Source of the DNA: a virus | Lineage: Duplodnaviria > Caudoviricetes | Direction: 5' to 3' (one strand) | DNA length: 53,126 nt | IMG/VR virus record: IMGVR_UViG_3300031953_000274 | Span: 1 to 53,126 of that record | In this document: piece after piece, positions 1 to 7,790 of the stretch | Layout of the letters: the number at the start of each line of letters is the position of its first letter | Position numbering within the stretch: position 1 is the stretch's first letter | Made by a program: the position numbers and the translations under genes | The notes under the pieces: generated by a model | What the model was told of the DNA's origin: nothing | The model's database searches: none | Seen by the model: the letters and a program-made list of their open reading frames with translations, nothing else

Positions 1-1793
1 ATAATCTGGCCGTCGTTCTGGTAAATGCTGTAACGATTAGCGACGGTGGTGCGCCTGGCTGGAGCTTCCTGGTCATACGGATACACCACAGCAGATACGA
101 CGGTAACGGTTCGCGTGGCCGTGGTGATGTTTCCGGCTTCATCGCTTACCGAGTAAGTGACGGTGTATGGCCCTGGCACAGCGGTATTCACTGCCCCTGA
201 CACAACCACCGAGTCGGTCAGATCCCCACTCACGGCATCGAGTGCGGTGAAGCCTGGCTCAACCCAAAGGTCGCCCTCAGTCAGCGTGATGTTGCCGCCG
301 GTCAGGGTAATAACGGGCGCAGTAGTATCGTTCGACGCCACCACCACGACGGTGACCGTACGGGTGGTCTGGGCGACGTTGCCGGACAGATCGGTGCTGG
401 TGTAGGTCAGGGTGTAGGCGCCAAGGGTGCTCACATCAACCGTGCCAGTCACCACGACTGAACCCGTAATAGTGCCATCGGCATTATCGGTCGCCGTGTA
501 GCCCGGATCTATCCAAGTTACGCTCTGGGTCCAGTCCAGGTTACCGCCCTGAAGCGATATAACCGGCGCTGTAGTATCCGCAATCGTTGTGCTGGTGAAC
601 GTACCAATAGTGGTACCAACGTTCAGCGTTGTGCTGCGAACGCCGTCATAGCCGCCAGATGAATACTCTTGGCTCGCGTCGTGCTGCACCTGAACCTGAT
701 AGTTTAACCGAACGTTGGTTGGGGTTGTGGTCCATGCGCCCCAGGTGCTTCCGCCGTCAGTAGAGACTCGGTATTTGCTGCCTGTATCGCCGGATACGGA
801 TGCAGGTGCGTCCGTGGCTGCATCAATGCCCCGAACAGTCACTGGAGTGAATATCACGATATTCGGTGTGGCGACTGTAGAGAGCGCTACACCGGCCCTA
901 TTGATGACCGTGAAGGCGTCTGGCTTGGCGTCCACTCCAGCCAGAGTGGTGAACGATGTCTTGGTGATGATGCCATTGGCGTCGGCGTTGTAGGCCGTAA
1001 CCCAATAATTATAGAACGTTGCCGAAGTGAGGGTGCTTAGCTCTGTCGGACTTGACGTGATAACCCATGTAGCGCCTTGATCAATGCTGTACTTGAAGCC
1101 GCCAGCGTCCGCGCGGTCATAGTTGAAGCTTATCGTTGCCCCGTTGCGGGATTCGGTGATTAATTCAATCGTAACGGTGCCATTCGGCCCAAGGTCTTCA
1201 ATAGTTCGTGTGAACGGGTCAACCGCACCGGTTTCTGTTGTGTAGACTTCAAAGCTCGCCGAGGCTGAGCCGTTTTCAAGCCCGGAGGCCAGTGTAACGT
1301 AGGGTGTAATGTCCAGTAGCCACGCGCCATCCGCTTCGATCTGAGCCCAATCCACGGTCATCACAGCCGGGTCCGGCTCTGACGTAATTTTTAGCTCATA
1401 CGGTTGAGTGCTGGCCAATTCAACACCGAACAGCACCGAAAGCGCATCCGGCTCGCCGTGCTCCGGGTTGTAAGGAAAGGTGTTGGTGTAAGCGATATCG
1501 ACGGTTTTTGTGAAGCCGTCAACATCCACTTGCAGCGTCGCCACAATGCCACTGGTCGGATCGGGCAGCAACGGTGCAGTGAATGTGAACTCTCCGCCTG
1601 TGGCATCCGTCAGCGTCAACACGGACCCGTTCAAGCGGGCCTCAGTAGGTGCAGCAATGTTTCCGGTCAAGAACAGGCTTGTAGCCTGCCCCTCAACCGT
1701 TGACGCATCGGCGGTTAGTCCTGGGCCTGCGGTGAAAGCGCCAGTGTAACCAAGATTATAGTCGGTACTGACATAGCCTAAGTTGTAAGCCAT
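1..1793 (-). CDS. Ig-like repeat protein (FN3-like plus two DUF5011/HYR-type repeats), 3'-truncated; probable virion decoration/adhesion protein
   Basis: Not in ORF track (no stop in window). ATG at 1793 overlaps upstream stop; reads MAYNLGYV...; repeats DTTAPVISLQGGNLDW..DPGYTATDNADG..YTLTYTSTDLSGN..RTVTVV and DTTAPVITLTGG..EPGFTALD..YTVTYSVSDEAGN..RTVTVV. Confidence 0.8.
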   Translation of the reverse strand, partial: MAYNLGYVSTDYNLGYTGAFTAGPGLTADASTVEGQATSLFLTGNIAAPTEARLNGSVLTLTDATGGEFTFTAPLLPDPTSGIVATLQVDVDGFTKTVDIAYTNTFPYNPEHGEPDALSVLFGVELASTQPYELKITSEPDPAVMTVDWAQIEADGAWLLDITPYVTLASGLENGSASASFEVYTTETGAVDPFTRTIEDLGPNGTVTIELITESRNGATISFNYDRADAGGFKYSIDQGATWVITSSPTELSTLTSATFYNYWVTAYNADANGIITKTSFTTLAGVDAKPDAFTVINRAGVALSTVATPNIVIFTPVTVRGIDAATDAPASVSGDTGSKYRVSTDGGSTWGAWTTTPTNVRLNYQVQVQHDASQEYSSGGYDGVRSTTLNVGTTIGTFTSTTIADTTAPVISLQGGNLDWTQSVTWIDPGYTATDNADGTITGSVVVTGTVDVSTLGAYTLTYTSTDLSGNVAQTTRTVTVVVVASNDTTAPVITLTGGNITLTEGDLWVEPGFTALDAVSGDLTDSVVVSGAVNTAVPGPYTVTYSVSDEAGNITTATRTVTVVSAVVYPYDQEAPARRTTVANRYSIYQNDGQI

Positions 1794-2836
1794 CAGATCA
1801 GCTCCACTGTCTCAGTGCTCGTGATGCTGTTACCTGCCGATGTTAAAACGGTCATTAGCACAGGATCAGCGGCCGCGGCTGCGCTGGTGGATACATCAAG
1901 AGTGGCGAAGTTTCCGCTTGCGTCCGTTGTTTCAGTTCCTGAGTAGTAAACTTGGGGGCCGTCGAGGTTTGCGCCATCTGTAATGCGGATCTGTACGTCG
2001 GTAAGGCTTGCCAGTGCTGCCCCGTCCTTCTGTGCAGGGTTATTGCTGGGCACTACACCGTAGACATTAAGCTGCACCGTAGACTTTTCAGTGCCCGTAC
2101 CATCGCCCAAAGCCAAATCGTATGTGCCAGATGTTGTAATGCCGCTGGTATCGGTCAAATTCACAGTGCCTGCGCCAGTGGTGTTGATCGTGATAGTTGT
2201 GCCGTTGAGCGCTGCGGTAGTGATTGTTCCGAGGGTGTGGGTTACGTCGAATGTGGAGCCTTTGCGCTGGGTGTAGTCTGGGCCGCCCGCCTCCCCGCCC
2301 GCCCACGACGCTGCGCCTGCGTCGTTAAAGCCCGACATATCTACGTGATATCCGGGACGGACGCCAACACCTTGATATGTAGTATCTGTGCCCGAATCAA
2401 CCAGCGATCCATCGACAAAAACCTCTAACAGCCCCGTGCTTTCTGTATAGTTAAGCTCTACCACGGAGCCAGTAACCAAGGTTAGGGAAACAGACCCGAT
2501 AGCGTCACCTGACGCCTGCCTGACTCCGGCATCAACTCGGAAAGTCCGAACGAAACCAGAGCCTATTGATGCATACCAACCGTTGTTTGAAGTGTTAACG
2601 ACCGCTGGGCCATATTTAACACTTCCAGCTACGCCCACTTCAACCCTTGACTTAACTACATCGTCCACCTGAGCGGCGTCTGTATAAAAGCCAACGTTCC
2701 CTTCCCCAGACCTATTTAAATACCCACTTTTTACTTTAAAATTGCCGCCGTAAGTTGTTACAGCAACCGGGATTGTATATGGATCGGTGTTCGCAATCCC
2801 CGACACATCAAACTGAATTGCACCTGTAACTGCCAT
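1793..2836 (-). CDS. Thr/Gly-rich beta-sandwich protein (possible ConA/lectin-like N-terminal domain), putative virion accessory protein
   Basis: 347 aa, AGGAG RBS, coupled to neighbours; LEVFVDGSLVDSGTDTTY..G.RPG is lectin-like by eye. Confidence 0.6.
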   Translation of the reverse strand: MAVTGAIQFDVSGIANTDPYTIPVAVTTYGGNFKVKSGYLNRSGEGNVGFYTDAAQVDDVVKSRVEVGVAGSVKYGPAVVNTSNNGWYASIGSGFVRTFRVDAGVRQASGDAIGSVSLTLVTGSVVELNYTESTGLLEVFVDGSLVDSGTDTTYQGVGVRPGYHVDMSGFNDAGAASWAGGEAGGPDYTQRKGSTFDVTHTLGTITTAALNGTTITINTTGAGTVNLTDTSGITTSGTYDLALGDGTGTEKSTVQLNVYGVVPSNNPAQKDGAALASLTDVQIRITDGANLDGPQVYYSGTETTDASGNFATLDVSTSAAAAADPVLMTVLTSAGNSITSTETVELI

Positions 2837-2848
2837 TGCCTGGCTCCT

Positions 2849-4324
2849 TTAAGCTAATTGATGACCGTGAGTTCCGATAAACTCTGCGTAAGCCGGCGTT
2901 AAGTTGCCTTGAGCGTCCACAATCCCATCGGCTGTCACGCCAGTGAGGTTGTTTTCAATCACAAGCCTTTCGGGCGCTTCTATATAGTCTTTATCGATTT
3001 TGTCAGGGTCGCTGGAGTTGTTAATGATGACATTGCGCTGCCAGTAGAAAGGCCCGTTAGTAGACGTGGTGCGCTGCTGATGGGCGCTGGCATAAATCGT
3101 GTTTCTGAATATGTAGACGGGGTAGCCGATAGCCTCATAGCTCTGGTTTACATTTACCTCACCACCGCCTGCCTCCATGACATTGTACGAAATCTCGATG
3201 TTTCCACTAAACTCCGTTGCGCTGTTGTTGTTGTAGTGCAACTCAATGCTCTGTAAAGCGTTATTTCTAAACCTGTTTGATCTAACTGCCCAGTCCTCAG
3301 AGCGTACTTTCATGCCGACACAGTGGCTGCCAATATCTTGGAAGAGGTTATCCTCGACCAGTACATATCGTGTGTTGTAATTAAGAATGCCGTAGCCCTC
3401 GTTTACGCTGATGAACTCGTTATCCTGTATGGCGTAATTATTTCCCGTCCCCCATCTGTTGATAAATAACAGAGCGTTGTTACCGCCTTGGAACCCTCCC
3501 GTGATGCCGGAGAGCTTATTTCGCCGGATGACCATATTTTGTTTTTGAGAGGCGATCTTCAGGCCCATGGCCCTGACATTTGGCGCTCGAATATCCAGAC
3601 TGTCTAGGTATACGTTACTGCCGCTGCCATCGAAATACAGGTGCGCATCCATCATGTTAAAGACGGGTTTGGTATCACCGGGGTAGCCAAGCCATACCAA
3701 AGGCTTAGTGGTTCCTCTGATTGGTGTCTCAAGCCCGTCGTTGCCGTTGTCTTCAATATACGCATCCATCTGGTAAGTACCGGCGCGCCAGTAAACAAAT
3801 TCTCCAGAACGGTGATTCGCACCCATCGCTGAATAGGTATCTCCGCCGTACACGTCTTTTAGGGTTTTCCAAGGATTTCCGATTGTTCCAGTGCCGCCTG
3901 CGGTATTCGCAGTGCCGTTTACAGCATCAACGAATATAAAGCCGCTGGTTGTGACTAACACTGTCCAGTCAACCGTCTGAATGCTTCCTTCTGCGTCCGT
4001 GACTTTTGCCGATACGCTATAGGCGGTGCCGGAGGCTGCCGGATTTGGCCAACTTATCTCCCCAGTGAAGGCGTTGATAGTCATCCCACTCGGAGCTGTG
4101 GTTAGCTCATGCGTGAATGGGTAAAGCCCGCCAATGACTGCCATCCGCACGTTGTATTCAAAACCCGGATACGCCTTATAAAAACGATTGGTCGTTGTTA
4201 GAGCGGGCTGTGGCTGGATGATCTTCAGGGGAAAGTTGGCTGTGAACCGGGGAAATGCCTTCCCTAGCGCTATTTGTAGCGTGAGACTCGCCAATATTAC
4301 CTTAGGGCTGCCAGATGTCGCCAT
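2849..4324 (-). CDS. Putative Ig domain plus right-handed beta-helix (pectin-lyase-like) protein
   Basis: GGLYPFTHELTTAPSGMTINAFTGEISW (He_PIG-like), FVDAVNG..GTGTIGNPWKTL, then repeated IRRNK/IQDNEF/VEDNLF/VRSNRF/ISYNV/IFRNT coils. Confidence 0.75.
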   Translation of the reverse strand: MATSGSPKVILASLTLQIALGKAFPRFTANFPLKIIQPQPALTTTNRFYKAYPGFEYNVRMAVIGGLYPFTHELTTAPSGMTINAFTGEISWPNPAASGTAYSVSAKVTDAEGSIQTVDWTVLVTTSGFIFVDAVNGTANTAGGTGTIGNPWKTLKDVYGGDTYSAMGANHRSGEFVYWRAGTYQMDAYIEDNGNDGLETPIRGTTKPLVWLGYPGDTKPVFNMMDAHLYFDGSGSNVYLDSLDIRAPNVRAMGLKIASQKQNMVIRRNKLSGITGGFQGGNNALLFINRWGTGNNYAIQDNEFISVNEGYGILNYNTRYVLVEDNLFQDIGSHCVGMKVRSEDWAVRSNRFRNNALQSIELHYNNNSATEFSGNIEISYNVMEAGGGEVNVNQSYEAIGYPVYIFRNTIYASAHQQRTTSTNGPFYWQRNVIINNSSDPDKIDKDYIEAPERLVIENNLTGVTADGIVDAQGNLTPAYAEFIGTHGHQLA

Positions 4325-4436
4325 TACAGAAAGTCCTCATTATTTCGGGTAGTTCGCCAATCGTGCCGGTCCGTCGATATTCTTTACAGTAATGTGGAAA
4401 GAGCTACACGCACGCGGAATCAATTGACTGATAGCA

Positions 4437-4464
4437 TTGAAAGCTTTGCGTATTGGCTTAAATT
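4437..4464 (+). promoter_or_regulatory. Candidate sigma70 promoter for the ATP-grasp moron
   Basis: TTGAAA-16 bp-TAAATT upstream of ORF 4527. Confidence 0.4.
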
Positions 4465-4526
4465 GTGCTTAGTGTTTCGGAATAAAAATGACGCAATAAA
4501 GCGCTGCACCAAAATAGGGTCATGTC

Positions 4527-5444
4527 ATGAAAAAAAACCAACTTGCTGGCGTTAATCTCAAGCGCCCGATTCGGCTGGCTAAGCGATTTCTGCCTAAAAA
4601 CCGATGGGGCGACCATATTGTCTCGCTGCTCAACTTCTTTCAGTTCCACGCTCGGCTGCCCAAGAAAGTCGGTGGCGACCTGAGCGATGCACTATTTTCG
4701 ATAAAAGCCTCTAATGAAATCCTTGACCCGCTCCGGGTGTTTGTGAGCGACAAGCACTATGTGAAGCTTTTTGTTAAGGCCACTATCGGCGACTTGTATA
4801 ACGTCCCGACAAACGCGGTGCTTGGCAGCTATGAAGAGGCTCTTTCGTATGAATACCCGAAAGACTGCGTGATCAAGCCCACCCATATGTCAGGCGAAGT
4901 TATGTTTCGGAAAAATGGGTCTGACCTTGATTTCACGAAAATAGCCCGCTGGTTTGAGTCGAACTATTACACCAGATATAGAGAGGCAAACTACAAGAGC
5001 CTCAAGCCGAAGCTCATCATTGAGCCGTACATATTTGGTGGCGAAAGCTGTGAAGATTACAAAATCTTCTGCGTTAATGGTGAGCCCCGGCTTATCTGGG
5101 TAGACTTTGATCGGCAGTCAGATCATCGCCGCAACTTGTACACGACAGACTGGGAGCTTCTGCCTGTTTCCGTGAATTTTGAGCAGGGTCACAACGTGCC
5201 GCGCCCCGTGAATCTGAAAGAAATGCTCCGGGTAGCCAGAGAATTGAGTTGTGATTTCTCATTTATCCGCGTCGATCTTTACTCCAGCGGGAAAGAGGTT
5301 TTGGTCGGTGAACTTACCAACTGCTCCGGCAACGCTAACGAAAAAATAATGCCGGCTGAAAATGCCTCAATAGTGACCGATCTGCTATTCGGTCCTGAGC
5401 GCGAAGGTGCAAGCTATGCCCATTTTCGGCCAGTCGCGGAATAG
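4527..5444 (+). CDS. TupA-like ATP-grasp amide ligase (surface polysaccharide modification family), moron
   Basis: Motifs DKHYVK, VIKPTHMSG, KPKLIIEPYI, DYKIFCVNGEP, DFDR, RPVNLKEM, FIRVDLY, GELT; oriented opposite to late operon. Confidence 0.85.
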   Translation: MKKNQLAGVNLKRPIRLAKRFLPKNRWGDHIVSLLNFFQFHARLPKKVGGDLSDALFSIKASNEILDPLRVFVSDKHYVKLFVKATIGDLYNVPTNAVLGSYEEALSYEYPKDCVIKPTHMSGEVMFRKNGSDLDFTKIARWFESNYYTRYREANYKSLKPKLIIEPYIFGGESCEDYKIFCVNGEPRLIWVDFDRQSDHRRNLYTTDWELLPVSVNFEQGHNVPRPVNLKEMLRVARELSCDFSFIRVDLYSSGKEVLVGELTNCSGNANEKIMPAENASIVTDLLFGPEREGASYAHFRPVAE

Positions 5445-5448
5445 GCTA

Positions 5449-5736
5449 TTAGCTGTTCTCCGATTCAGCAGCAGATTGACGTTTAACGTTCAGCCGATGC
5501 TGGTGGAATTCTTGATCGCGCTTTTCGCGGCGGCGCTGGAAATACAGGCTGGTGAAATAGGTCAGCGCAACGAAGATCAGGCCGATAGCAGCCATCAGTT
5601 CGTTCTTTGTCCAGGCGCCGCCAAGGAACGTGACAGTGCTGGTGGTGTATGAGGTAAGGTTTGCCCCGGCTTCTACCTTGATTTGGGCGACTGACGACGG
5701 GACTTTGCTTAGGGCACTGTTTAGGCTCACATTCAC
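5449..5736 (-). CDS. Small holin/antiholin-like membrane protein
   Basis: One TM segment (LMAAIGLIFVALTYFTSLYF) followed by basic tail RRREKR; in lysis cassette. Confidence 0.6.
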   Translation of the reverse strand: MNVSLNSALSKVPSSVAQIKVEAGANLTSYTTSTVTFLGGAWTKNELMAAIGLIFVALTYFTSLYFQRRREKRDQEFHQHRLNVKRQSAAESENS

Positions 5737-6191
5737 CCCTTGTTAACGCTTTGAGTGAATTTACCGGTCACAGCCTTGGCTATGTCGCCCATGTGTGGCG
5801 CTGCGAAGTAGAAAGCAAGGATCAGCATGACAGCGGGGTTCATATCCATGGCAGCAGATTGCGAGATTGAGCCAACCGCATTGATTTTGGCAGCGGTGAC
5901 GGTTCCAGTGCTGTCAGCAAAGACGGCAATCATTCCGCATAAGACCGACAACAAGTACATGCCCAGCCAGACGCCGGTTATTACCAGCGAGATTAGGCGG
6001 CGAGCTAGGTTCTGACCTTGCGTTGCGGCCATCCATTGGACGACCATGTTTCGTGCTTCAGACCGATCACGGGCGGCATCACCGGCTTTTTCTTCGTCGG
6101 TATATATCAGCGCATCAAGGCCATTGGTTACACCGTCAACGATGCCGGCCAGCGCCTTTTCGGTGCCAAAGAGTTTTCCGAAGAAGCTCAT
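5733..6191 (-). CDS. Holin-like membrane protein (3TM/GTA-holin type)
   Basis: Start reassigned to MSFFGKLFG (6191), directly after the endolysin stop; D...YTDEEKA, two hydrophobic segments, ILAFYFAAP. Confidence 0.6.
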   Translation of the reverse strand: MSFFGKLFGTEKALAGIVDGVTNGLDALIYTDEEKAGDAARDRSEARNMVVQWMAATQGQNLARRLISLVITGVWLGMYLLSVLCGMIAVFADSTGTVTAAKINAVGSISQSAAMDMNPAVMLILAFYFAAPHMGDIAKAVTGKFTQSVNKG

Positions 6192-6192
6192 A

Positions 6193-6573
6193 TTAGTAGC
6201 TCCATACCCAAGGTCTGGGGCGATTTGGGGCGTCCGGCAAATCATCAAGATGAATAAACCGGCTCGTACCTTTCTGTTTGATGCCAACACCCGTAAAGCC
6301 GTGCTTCAGCGCCAGCCCTAGCAGCTTGTGCGCGTCATTCCCGCTGATCGCTATGTCACACGCATGGCCTGTGCTGTGGGCGCCAGGCTCTGCCTTGCGG
6401 GCTTCAATCGGGTGCGTCTTGTCGCGGTATCCGCTGCTAATAACCATCGCCTTTCCATAATCCGTGCGCAGCGCTTGCAGTCGATCCATAAAGCCAGCAT
6501 CCATGCGCAACTGCCCTGTGTGCTTGCAGCGAAACTCTGCGGCTGAAAAGTTCGGGTAGTTGTGCCAGTTCAT
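6193..6573 (-). CDS. Endolysin, peptidase M15 family
   Basis: NFSAAEFRCK, ISSGYR, AHSTGHACDI, FIHLD Zn-peptidase motifs; ATG 6573 with GAGG RBS. Confidence 0.88.
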   Translation of the reverse strand: MNWHNYPNFSAAEFRCKHTGQLRMDAGFMDRLQALRTDYGKAMVISSGYRDKTHPIEARKAEPGAHSTGHACDIAISGNDAHKLLGLALKHGFTGVGIKQKGTSRFIHLDDLPDAPNRPRPWVWSY

Positions 6574-6588
6574 GCTGACCTCGCGAAT

Positions 6589-6644
6589 AAAAAAAGCCGC
6601 TAACACACGACCGGGTAACTCCCAATCCAGAATTGCGCAGCGGC
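6589..6644 (-). terminator. Long hairpin plus U7 directly before the endolysin RBS
   Basis: GCCGCUG...UUAGCGGC-UUUUUUU on minus strand. Confidence 0.6.
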
Positions 6645-6686
6645 AAAAGTGCGGCGTAGCTGACCGCGTGGAGATGTTCGGGGCAT

Positions 6687-6721
6687 AAAAAAACCCGCAA
6701 TCCTGTTATGGGTGCGGGTTT
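6687..6721 (-). terminator. Rho-independent terminator
   Basis: AAACCCGCAC-CCAUAACAGGA-UUGCGGG-UUUUUUU. Confidence 0.75.
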
Positions 6722-6755
6722 ATGTAATAAGTGCTCGGCTCACCCTCCTACCAAA

Positions 6756-6835
6756 CTAGACCCAGGAGGCCACGCGACACCACCGTGTTTCGACTGATTC
6801 ACACAGTCTCGTCAGGCGCGTTAATATTGGTCTAG
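6756..6835 (-). ncRNA. Type I hammerhead ribozyme
   Basis: Minus strand: CGCGC-CUGACGA-GACUG(UGUGAAU)CAGUC-GAA-ACAC(GGUG)GUGU-C^GCGUG; core consensus, stems I-III and a GUC site all present; outer CUAGACC/GGUCUAG pairing. Confidence 0.9.
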
Positions 6836-7007
6836 CCCGGATGCCTACTTGCCGAGCTTTGGCATCGTATGCTCGTTTGTGATCTTTGCAATTGCCCTGC
6901 GGGCTTTAGGGGAAACTGATCTTTCAGGCTATTGCTTTACAAAGAGTTCGCCAGTCTCACCGTGAGCTATGGGATTGCGGGCCGCTCAACGTCGTATGGC
7001 CAGACAC

Positions 7008-7039
7008 AAAAACCCCGCAAGCGTTAACGTGCGGGGTTT
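7008..7039 (-). terminator. Rho-independent terminator
   Basis: AAACCCCGCAC-GUUAACGC-UUGCGGGG-UUUUU. Confidence 0.75.
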
Positions 7040-7196
7040 CCCAGTCTTTCCCGGTGTCAGACCTCCCCATGCCTGGTGGGGCACTCCCTAAGAGCCTTTC
7101 AGCCCAGTGCAGGTTCTCGAACCTTGCTCTTTCGCCAGATCTCGGTCAACGAGCTGGAATTGAACCAGCCTGCTCTTTTTGGCTTTCGCCAATTCT

Positions 7197-7232
7197 AAAA
7201 AAGCCCACAACCCTGTTACGGACGCGGCTTTT
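7197..7232 (-). terminator. tR'-like terminator just downstream of the late promoter
   Basis: AAAAGCCGCGUCC-GUAACA-GGGUUGUGGGC-UUUUUU. Confidence 0.65.
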
Positions 7233-7246
7233 GGGGTAATTGTGAT

Positions 7247-7287
7247 AGGTTATAAAATAGTCTATACATTTGTGACGGACTGGTCAA
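7247..7287 (-). promoter_or_regulatory. pR'-like late promoter with a -10-like pause element
   Basis: TTGACC(7287-7282)-17 bp-TAGACT(7264-7259), then TAACCT (7252-7247) near +1; overlaps stop of Q-like gene as in lambdoids. Confidence 0.75.
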
Positions 7288-7787
7288 GCAGCCTTTTGTT
7301 GTGGCTGAATGATAGCCTCCAGCATCTGATAGCCTCGGCTAATTCTTTTGCGCATACACTCCACGGTTATACCAAGGTGGCCAGCGCATTGAGCATCATC
7401 CCATAAAATATAAACCGGGCTGGCGCTCTGGAACGGGTCAATCGCCACCGACTTTGTTCGTCCACGATAGCAGCGGTCAACGCACAACGCTGTTGCGTAA
7501 TCATCATCCAGCCTGCTCACCATTTCGTGCGCAATGACCATTTGCGCGGTAGTGCGCCTGACGCGCATGCGGTCAACTTTTCCAGCTAACTTGCAGAACC
7601 CGGCAAACCCTGAGCCCTGTGGCAACTCACCGTGCTCGGAGTAGGTGCCAAGAATGCACCGGCCCTCATACGCTATCCGGACTTGATCGCTGTCAATCAG
7701 TAGGTAATCAATGTGCAGGTCTATAATTTCTCCCGCCCTGAATCGAAGCGCCTTCTGGCTACCATCTTTCCGGTTCTGCTCAGCCAT
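7284..7787 (-). CDS. Putative late antiterminator (Q-like)
   Basis: Last gene before late promoter; C-terminal HTH-like CAGHLGITVECMRKRISRG. Confidence 0.55.
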   Translation of the reverse strand: MAEQNRKDGSQKALRFRAGEIIDLHIDYLLIDSDQVRIAYEGRCILGTYSEHGELPQGSGFAGFCKLAGKVDRMRVRRTTAQMVIAHEMVSRLDDDYATALCVDRCYRGRTKSVAIDPFQSASPVYILWDDAQCAGHLGITVECMRKRISRGYQMLEAIIQPQQKAA

Positions 7788-7790
7788 ACC

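Noticed and set aside
6437-6700. 87-aa minus-strand ORF in the late leader (and 7054-7239 on plus)
   Set aside because: Runs through terminator hairpins and out of frame into the endolysin; no RBS
7141-7200. tRNA gene suggested by the GGTTCAATTCC T-arm
   Set aside because: No matching acceptor 5' strand, D arm or anticodon arm could be built; kept only as a T-loop observation
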